DNA from: Lingula anatina
Taxonomy: Eukaryota; Animalia; Brachiopoda
Length of the DNA stretch: 64,000 nucleotides
NCBI GenBank assembly: GCA_051362555.1
Contig: CM120641.1
Span: 2,728,001-2,792,000 of the forward strand
Reading direction: 5' to 3'
Shown here piece by piece: positions 24,411 to 34,605 of the stretch. The number at the start of each line of letters is the position of its first letter. Position 1 is the first letter of the stretch. Under the pieces are notes generated by a model. The model did not search any database. It saw nothing but the letters and a program-made list of their open reading frames with translations, and was not told the DNA's origin. Both the position numbers and the translations under genes were made by a program.

Positions 24411-26787
24411 ATTTATATATCTGATGTCACCGTGGAAAATCCAGCCGAAATTAGATCTTGGTCATCATTAACGCTGGGTTGAGTCATGCCCGGCTTCATA
24501 TCCGTGTCCAGGTGTGAGCGTTTTTCGATTTATGCTAGGGACTATGGTAATAAATCTAGTACTTAACTGCTTGAAGAAACGCTACCTGAACAGAATTGCG
24601 AAGAGAAAACTGCCAGAAGTTGGAAAATGACTTTTCATTGATCTTGTTTCCTGCATTGATTGGTATACACGAAAAGATCAAGGAAAATATACTAATAAAA
24701 AAGAAAAAAAAAGAAAGTGTTTAAGGCGTCACTTCTAAATCCATGTACACGTGCATTTTATTTCTTAAAACTAACTAAAAACATAGAACGATTATCCATG
24801 ATAATGAATACCACATGTATAAGTACAAGAAATCAATCAATATCACGCAAAACACATTATTTTACTGCGTGTCAACCTGTCATGGTTAATTACTGGAGAA
24901 GGTGAGGGTTGGCTGTGAAAACATCCGTCAGCGATCGCAGACAAATTAGATAGCACGTCCACCTGTTCGCGCCTTCGCGAAACGTTTCTAGCACCCTGCG
25001 CGTCGAGGCTTTAAACGCTAACGGCAAGCGTATCCTGATGTAGAAGCAGAGTCACTTTGAGTGCTCTGACAGTCGGGGTGATACCTGTTATGTGAAGTGG
25101 TCATTAGATGACAGGTATCTCACGTGGACAGTTCACTGACAGTAGGTGTCAGATGGGAAATCTATCTTCCCGTTTAACGCACCACGCTGTAACCGCATGA
25201 CTATCACGTTTAACGTTGGATGAAAGGGTTTCCCTCATAACTATATCTGCCTATAGGCTTCGCCCAGATAGACATATTTTTTGTTCCATACAAATACACC
25301 CCGGTTTTTATTATTTTTCTTTGCATCCGTACCACAGTTCTCGGGGTCCTTGCTTCAGTGGTGCAGAGACGTAATTAATAGTGTTAATATTAATGTCCTT
25401 AACACTTGCCACATTCACACCTGCCATGCATATGTGTTAATTATTTTGATTAGACGTTAATGTGTTTATTTTCAATGCTGACTATACCATACATAACATC
25501 AATCAACTGTGCTAATGGCTTTGCAATGCACATTTAAGGTATTGGTCAGGACTAGGCAACCGATCATCAAGTGTTCCGGCGAGCAATGCAATCCATTTAT
25601 AATAATGGATTTATTGCTCTTATCTTACCGGGTATTAGTCACAAAAGATTCTCTTAGTATAACATTTCGCCCAGTTTGTTAAGAGCATGCTATTTAAAAG
25701 ATGATTTAATTGCTTAGGATTTGGATCTACAAATCCCCGCAATTTCTATTAGTGCAGTGATTTTGTGGTCAATACTAACCTAACGCCGAAGGGAATTTCT
25801 TTTGTTCTCTCCTTTTTCTTTACTTCTTTCTTTCATTCCTTCGTTCCATTCAATTATTTTTCCCTTCTTTTTATGTGCATGTCTGTCTGATTACTTTGTC
25901 TTTTCATTTGGCTTTCCTACCTGACGTCCACAAGGACATCTCTTTGACGTTTTTGTACTTTTTTTTCAAATTTTAGGAACTCACTGTCGATTTAATGAGA
26001 CTGAAAAAATTTGGAAAAAATTGTTGTTCATAAAACTTAAATGCATCGACTTGATTTGTGTAGATGATTTACATTTTCATCTTTTTGGATTTTCCCTTTT
26101 ACTAATTGTTGTTCATCCTATTTTTATTTGGTTTTATACACAAGGCGGGGTAGAAAATAAATTGCCATGGTTTATTTTCACTTAAATAGAGTATACGTGT
26201 CATATATTTTATCTAAAAATCGGCAGTCTTAAACTGCAACTGCACTTTATACCAGTCCGCTAATAGATGTCACTTTTCTTTCTGTGACAATTTTTGGACC
26301 TCAGTTTCACCTCGGAGCATTTTGACAGTGTCTTGTGACTTTATTTCGAAAAACGTGTCAATAATAAATATTGTCTTATCACAGCCTGCCCTTCTGTTAT
26401 CTCCCCAGCACCAATTAGTACCCGTGTCATTTCGCTTGTAATGTCCTGCCATTTGCCCTCGCTGATATCATAGGCAGATTTTTGTCTCTGACTAGCGTCT
26501 CATGTCTATGTTTAAGGGGGATAATGACTGATTAATATCATTTTATCTAACCTCTTCTCATTCTTGTAAACTGTCAAGTGCCTGCCAATTAGATAGCTTT
26601 TGTTTTGTTCTGGAGGGTGATTTTCGGGTTACATTTATAACTTTAAATCATCATAAATTTCATCTAAGGTTTCTTTGTATTGAAGACTGTGCTTGTTCCT
26701 TAAAGTTTACAACATTTTAAGCAATGTGTCTATTTTTACACTGCTTGTTAAAAAACACTGTCTTCTGTATAAAAAAGAGTATCGACG

Positions 26788-26998
26788 TACATAACCTACA
26801 GGGGGTTATGTTTTTGGTTCCGTAAGTTTGCCTGTCTGTTAGAACATTATACAAAAAGTTATGGACAGATTTTGATGAGATATTCAAGATAGATCAGAAA
26901 TGAGTTTGCTTAAAAGTGATTAGATTTTGGTTCTCTTAATTAAATAATTAATGGTTAAATTATTTGTCTTGGCGGAGGTCTGCGTTTTTAAGTGCATT
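26788..26998 (+). mobile_element. Short degenerate DINE-1/Helentron-type non-autonomous element (different family from the NRDE2 copy)
   Basis: ATAACCT...GGTTATGTTTTTGG 5' hairpin, GTTTG/CTGT microsatellite remnant, AAAAAGTTATGGACAGATTTTGATGA core, and 3' TTGGCGGAGGTCTGCG....AGTGC end, a layout typical of these elements. Confidence 0.65.
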
Positions 26999-28725
26999 TG
27001 TCGTTACATCTTTTTAACCCACTTATCTCCATTGCTCTCTTTTCTATTTCTCTATAGTGGTTCGTATTACATTTTAAACATTTCGTCGCTTCAACCAATT
27101 TTCGTCTCTACGTTAATTTTGCATGTGGGTGTTTAACAACCGGTAGTGAACAATTAGTTCTTATCACGATCTCATATCCCTCTTCCATCTCTTCAGCGGC
27201 GGTTTGTAACTGCCGGCGCTCAACTTTTGATCGTTTTTGCTTTCTTATGTATTTAATTTGCTTTCACAATAAGTGTGTTTCATCCTATATGTCGACCAGC
27301 ACCGGTAGTCATTATCATTTATCTTTCTATCTGTTGTCTCATTTTTATCTCTTTAACACGAGTTAGTACCTGTCTGCTCACCGAAGTTGGCGTGCAGAAG
27401 TACATGTCAAACACTTGGAGAGTCCCGAGTATTAACATAATGATTCTGTGCGAGTCGCCCGGTCCCATCGGGATCAATAGGCGCTTATCAAGATGAAGCA
27501 TCAATGCTTATTATAAAGCACCGATAACGCTCATATTTCACCAGCACCTGCAATTTCCAGTGTTTGCGGTGAACAAGTAGTTTACACATCATTCGTGGTA
27601 GATAAGACAAGATTTGTCTGATTTAGACCTAGTGGTCAGTGCCCATTCACCCGTAGGGCGTGGTGGACATCAATAGGTCCTGACCGGTTGATATATTTAT
27701 GGTCTATTGTTCGAGAGTCAGTCTATTCTATTTTTTATTTTCAACCAGCGATAAATCATCCTCAGAACCTACTTTTTTCATGACTCATTAAATCGATTGT
27801 GCCCTCACATCTCCGTGCATTGTATACTTATTGAAATGCGGCATAGCGATACTGCAATTGTTTTTGATACGAAGCTTTTGGTAGGAAATACATTTTACCA
27901 TCAATATTACTCGGTTTTTGATCATCTACAAATGTTACTATATTCCCAGAAAAATGGCCGTTTTGTAATCTATAAGAAGAATATTGTCCACGGTACTCCA
28001 TTGGTATTTCTATGCTATGCGTTATTTTGCAAAAATAATTTATTGTTTTTCATAATTAATATAGACGCAGAGAACGCATAGAGAGCAATTTGTCACGAAC
28101 TGTCGGTATTTGTAGTTATAGCATATTTTAATCTAGAACCTGTGACATTTTCTGGGGTAGTGTAATTGGACAGAATTTGAAAAGGCAAATAAATTATAGA
28201 AAGTAGAATATCCAAAGCCTTCGCTGGCGCTCTTCATAGTAGGTGCATTGACAATATGTAATACATGTAGGCAACATTTTACTCATACATCTGCGATAAT
28301 TAAATTTAAACATTGCACCCTTTTTGCAATAGATATTTGTGAAAGTGAGCCAAAATTTGTTTGTCATGCCGTTGCAAGTCCGGCGTATCATTGTATCATT
28401 TGGCATGGTTTTCCGAGCACTAGTGAAGAGCAATTTTTCTTACTAAAGAGTAGCGTATTGATGGGAAATGATCTAATACTAATCTTTAAAAGACACCGCA
28501 GGTTAGGATGGGATGTAAACGTGTGATGCAGTCTCTCAATAGATCCTCAGTTATCAACCTGTGTTTTCTATAAAAGAAAATACAGCTGTGTGATTCACTG
28601 TATAAACCGACGTAGAATGAATTTCCAGATAAGAAGCCGTAACATCAAAGGAAATGTAGAGATCTAATCTTGGTTTAAATAGCAGCAATTGGAATACTCA
28701 CCAGAGCTATTACATTAATTGACGT

Positions 28726-28899
28726 GTTTCTTAGACTATTTCTTGGCATCAGAAATATTCGCATTATTGCTATAAATTATGTATGACACACCAAATAATT
28801 AGATTATCTACTGTTTCTTAGACTATTTCTTGGCATCAGAAATATTCGCATTATTGCTATAAATTATGTATGACACACCAAATAATTAGATTATCTACT
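28726..28899 (+). repeat. Perfect 87-bp tandem duplication
   Basis: GTTTCTTAGACTATTTCTTGGC...AGATTATCTACT at 28726-28812 and again at 28813-28899 with no visible mismatch. Confidence 0.95.
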
Positions 28900-30869
28900 T
28901 TTCAAAACTGAATGGTTGCAATTGTAGAGTTTTTTGTCCACTCTTCGAAGCTTTAGCATGACCTTAATGAAAAACGAAATCTCTTTTTCATACTTAGAAA
29001 GGTTTTCTCATACAGTTACTCTGTTACTCAATCAAAATCACAAATTGTTTTCTGATACGTGCATCTTCTCCTTTTTTTAGTCAAGAGAAAAAATTTAGAA
29101 AATACCTGCGACGTCTGGTAGGAAAATAGGACAAAAGCTCGTGTCACTCTAAAATTTCAAAACAAATTATATATTTGAAACTTAGTCACATGAGTTGAAG
29201 GTTTCGCATAAATTCGCAAAGGACAAGCTTTTAATTCGATTATCGTTTTTATAAGGATGTACAGTGAAACTGAATCACTTAATGTTAGAAGAGAACTCGC
29301 GCACGAGGGAGAAAGTTATGGCATTTGACATTCTCTCTTGACTGAAATATTTTTACGACCCACCGGCGCACGTATAATTATCAGTTAACACTACGGTTTT
29401 TTTCACATTATCATCAACGGCACACGTCTGGCTCGCCTGCCACGGTGAACTGTCTGCGCCACTTAGGCTCTTGATCGGGATTTCACGATAACTCACAGAC
29501 AGTTATTGTTCAATGCTAGACCCTTGTCGTCTTGTTAGCTGTTTTCACCTCAGTGTAGGGACATTTGTCTGAATCTCCTGCAACGAAAACCGTCTGGTTC
29601 AAATGCTGTCCGGGATGCAAAATTAGTTTTATCACTGCTTTTTTTATTGTGCTTTTTACATGTTTTCTTTGTCGGTAATGGCCATTTCCTTACCTAAAGT
29701 GATTTGTTTCACGCAGAGAGAAGACTGTAGCGCTATGAATTATTTTGGAATGATGCTAGTTAAAAGGTTCTTTTCAAATTGATAGGAAATTATTACTCAT
29801 CCTTACAGATTTTTTTTACAAAACAAAATTGGTGTATTGCAAACGGTAGCAAACTGCCAGCGGCTTTTTTCACAGGTAATTTAATGGCACTTGCCATAAA
29901 ATTTGTTGGCAGGGCATTTGTTTCTGCTTCTCAGTTTCTGACATGCATCAACACTGAATGACGCTTTGCGACAGTTGCTTTCAACCGGCCACCATTCATT
30001 TAAGGATATATCACAGTGTACACAACGAGTATAACAAAACACGCTGCAATAGTCTGAGAAAAAAAAACGCATTTACAGAGTAGCCCCTTCTCTGCCTTGC
30101 GGTTAAAACTAAGGATCTTCGCAGGAGATATTTCATTTGCAAATAAACGTGCGATCGGATCTAATGAGTTTTGCAACACGCAAAAGAAAAAGTCCCGCTT
30201 TTATTGAGACTAATGCCGTGACACTAATTTTATCATCGCGTCACAGCCCAAAAAAAGAAAACTCACTTATCATCGACAATGTACCGGACACAGCTTGAAA
30301 ATCATAAAAGTCCAATTCCATCATTTTATATAGACAGATGGACTTAATTCCTGCGCTGGGAATTATCTTTGCAGTTTACTCACTGAAATATTGCCAGATT
30401 TGTATTGAATTGTTTACTCTGTTACTGTATATCATAGTCATCTGATGGAGGACTGATTAGAGACCCTACAATATTCTACATGCAGAAAGAAACAAATAAA
30501 TAATTTACATCCCAACTTTAATTTTTCATCTTGATATTTTTAAAGATAGAAGGACATGTCTAAGCAGGTCCATTCTTGTATGATTCCATTTTTTACGCTT
30601 GATAAACTGAAAGTTAAAAACATCTGCCGACGTTGTTAGAAAAGTCTATGATACTGATTTAAACTAAGAGTGGAAACCTGGTGTCACTTAGAATTTTATT
30701 TGAAGTCATAACAATACATCAAAGTGGGGGTGACTTCATGGGGTGAAACAAAAAATAGAAGATATTTATTCTGGACTGAATGTTCAACTTAGCTCTAAAA
30801 CTGGGGCCAACTTTACGATAGTGTACTTGTGGCAAAGAGGTATTCTGGGACATACAGTCTACTGTTAGT

Positions 30870-30900
30870 ATGCGTGCGTGTGCGTGCATGTGCGTGCGTG
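30870..30900 (+). repeat. (TGCG/TGTG)n microsatellite
   Basis: atgcgtgcgtgtgcgtgcatgtgcgtgcgtg. Confidence 0.8.
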
Positions 30901-32659
30901 TTTACAAGTGTCGAGTACGTAGAGCTATGTCGTTGCTGATCGCGAGAAAAACTCGACCTGTTTCCCGGACACCTTCATACAAGCCAGGCTTGGCAAACGG
31001 AAGGGAGCAATGACAAAGATAGTTTGTAATAGGAAATGGTGTTAAGAACGTCGTCCTGGTGTGCTGTTTTACCTATTTCAGACCCACTGGCGCTGTAACC
31101 AGAGAAGCGGATTACTGGACGCAATGTATCAAGCGAAAAAGACCTGGTTATTAAGACAAATCTGTTTTCTCCTTGTAAGAATAAATCGTTCTATTTGTTC
31201 AAGCACATAATCATAACATTTATTGATCTGCTTATACGACCATGTTTAAATGAAAAAAAAAAGAAGTTTACCGTATCGTTTGCCATTCTACAAACAAGGA
31301 AAACAAAGAAATTAGTCACTCACTCAAAATCGTTGCGACCTGTCAAAATGCCAAATCCAAATTGTCAAATTTGCCCTCATTTCGGGCCTAATCATCACAC
31401 CTCGTTTCACTCAATTTCAATACCGATTGTTCAAATGAATCGTTGAAAATTAACTGTTAATTGAACAGTTGCCAAACTTAATATTTGTATTATAATACGT
31501 TTGAAAACATTAGCCCTTTATCAACTTCTGTATGATTAAATGTATGAAAAATACAACGGTTAAAGAACAGTCAAATGTCACAGGTGTTGTGGGGAGACGG
31601 TTAATAATCTCTTGCGGTTAAAATTTTCTACAACAACGACAGTTCAAGTAAATGGCGTTTTGGAGAAACCCTGGACCCTTTAAGGAGGCACCTGGAATAT
31701 TGCCAAACCTGGATCGACCTTTTTGTGCTTTAACATAAGCTGCCTAAATGAGCGTCACGTGTCGGGTTTCATGGTAAAAAGCGCTTGTCAACAGTTCTTT
31801 CGTCTTGCTTGCTCTATTATAGGTAGTAGCGTATTAACTCGGTGACGCCTATTGTTATAAGTGGTATAAGAAAAATAAATTAAGTGTTACTCCTCCCCAT
31901 TCGGCTGTATTTACAGAAAACACACCTCTCTCCAGATGATCGCGTCTGGAAGCGTGTCAGTGATCGGGTCTATTCTCTGACGCGTGGCGAGGAGATCGTG
32001 AACGGGTCCAAAATATCATTATTATGATTGATGCCCGTTTGCAAAATCAACCATTTATACAGAGAAGAAAATAGAAATGAGAAAAATACATGGCAAAAAT
32101 AGATCTTGTCCTAAACGACTGAGTTCGGCACAGAACCGCGTCGAGTTGCCGTAGGAAGGTACAGTCAGCAAAGGGACGGCGTTTGACACTGTTTAGATAA
32201 GGGTAGAGGGCCTTGGGTTGTTGCCAAAACGGCTCGTGTCAAGTCAGAGGAAAGCCGTTGGGGCATGTCTTCACTGTAATTATTACCTGAACAAGGTAGA
32301 ACGGCGAACAGACGGGCCATTATTGTTATGTCTACGTCTTATCTGTGGTTTGGACCGCAGCCAAGTGTTACACAGGCAGACAAAGAGATGAGGTTTCCGA
32401 GTACTAAATGAAAATGAATTTAATTCAAACCATCATATGTGTGTGTGTACTTCTCGACGTAGACCCTGGATCTTTTCTATGGACCCTAGATAAGACTACA
32501 ACTGCAAGATTTATAAGCTTTTTCTTGACTGACAAACGATCTGTATGGTCACGTCAGCCTTTTACATAGACAAAAACGTGGACTAGTGTATATACAAAGT
32601 ATATTATACAGTGAGATAGATTGAAATAAATAAAGTGACAATAAAATAAAATGCTATTT

Positions 32660-34605
32660 GTTAATGTCAGCTAATATAATTTATTATTATAAGTTGAATT
32701 CATGGATACACTGTCCAAACACCATTTATTATTACAATGGCACGGATGTACAAAGAACGGAACATTTCTTCTACAGAAAAAAAAAAAAAAAACTGATCAA
32801 AGTCCAAACAGCTTCACCGCATACTGGCATTTCAATGATTTCAGAACTAACTGATATGATACTGATAACTTGAAAAGCAAATAAATAAATAACATATACT
32901 GAGACAAAACACAGGTGACTGATTTCCATTGCACAAACACATGAGTATAAATAAATTCACACTACCAGGAACAAAAACAATATCATTACATTCCAGATAA
33001 AAGTGTTTCAATACTGTTGTAACCAATATAAAAGTGTTTCTGTAATAAAAAAATTGCAAACTGAGACTGAAAGTTGGTAAGGCCGTAAGAATTTTTTGTC
33101 CAATAAAATGTCTGCCAACTCCTTATAAAAACTCTCCTCCCTTGATTGAAAAGTACCCTCAACTTAGCCCAAAACTGGCTTTTTGCACATAAAATTGCAA
33201 TGCTAGCCCCATCTTAATGTTTTTCTATATCTTTATATTCACACAAATAAACACTATTTACATATATACAAGCATGTATTATTTAACCAACCACATATTA
33301 TGACCATGAAATCACGACAAACAATGAACATTTTCTGTGACCAAATTATTGCTACTGATGTCCTTCGAGTTGTTCTCACATTATCTTTACAACAATGACA
33401 TTACTCTCACTTAAAAAATATCAATTATTTGCTCTAACTGATCTGAATGTCTTTAAACTCTGTCAGAGATAGTAGGTGACACTTGCTTGGAATTGAATAA
33501 TTGGCAAGTGACAGTAAAATGTGAGGCTGGTTTAGGATTCCATCACAAAAAGGACATAAGTGTAAATTTTTAGAGATACCATAAATACATCAGTAGTTTA
33601 AAAAAAAATCCTTGACATGAAGCTTCTATGGTATTATATATATATATATCTATAGCCATCTATGTGTATAAACATAATGTACAGGGTTATATATTGCATA
33701 GTGAAAATGATTAAGTGAAGAATCAATATATACATGTAGAACTAAAAATCAAACAAAAACAAAATATTATTGGACTCTTTATATATTGGTCCATGAGATC
33801 ATTGGAAAACTTTTGACATGTGCCGACCTGGCAAGCATTCATCATACATATTGGCATTAAACTGGAAATCCGTTATGCCTTGAAAAAATATGAAATCTCC
33901 ATCTTAAAAAAATTGGCAATCATTTTCTTCTCTCCACAATTCTCATTCAATATAAAGGATTCAAATATATTACACCAAGCTTTAAAAAAATAAAAATTTC
34001 ATCAATACAAAAGAAATGTTCATTTGATTCAAAGCCCATTGCTTTTACCATCGTTGAAATGTTTTATAAAATGGAAATGTGTGAAAATGTCAATTGAAAA
34101 ACAATGAGGCAGACGTCCAAATTCAATAACATCTACTAGGTAGATTTTCTGCACCAGTCCCAACTTCTTTTTTGGCAATGACTAGACTCTGGGACAGAGA
34201 ACAAGAGTACACTAACAGTCTTCTCAAACCCTGCACCAAATACTACACAAACTGTACAAGAAAACAATTTGACAGTTGCATCATGGCTTTATGATTGAGA
34301 TCAATATTCTTTTATCAAAACATTCCTGACTGTAGTAATCTCAACAACAACATCCAACTTCTTAGAAGGAAGACCACAATCCTTATACTAGCCAGCTTAC
34401 AGGCATCTCTGGAAAAGTCCCATTTCGGAACAGCACCATTCCATCTGAAAGTGATGAAAAATCTCCCCTTTCTTTCATAATACACGTTAATAATTATAAT
34501 AATAACAAGTTTGGAATTTTTTTTTTTTGAAAACTTTCATAACAAAACCTGTGAGCAGTGAACAGTTAAACATGTACGTGTCTCTGACTTAGCAGCCTAT
34601 AACTG
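32660..34605 (-). other. Probable ~1.9-kb 3'UTR of the BH3-only gene
   Basis: AT-rich, CpG-poor, no credible ORF downstream of the stop; minus-strand AATAAA at 32725-32730 and 32680-32685 followed by a U-rich tract (A-rich on +, 32620-32650). Confidence 0.6.

Noticed and set aside
26387-26400. TATCACAGCCTGC, matching the 5' part of miR-2 family members
   Set aside because: 3' half does not match and no complementary arm lies at pre-miRNA distance; it overlaps a CTTATC GATA word.
21100-32600. Short ORFs (60-95 aa) in the intergenic interval, and similar ones in kinase introns
   Set aside because: Low-complexity F/L/I/K-rich translations, many with non-ATG starts, and no phase-consistent splice chains.
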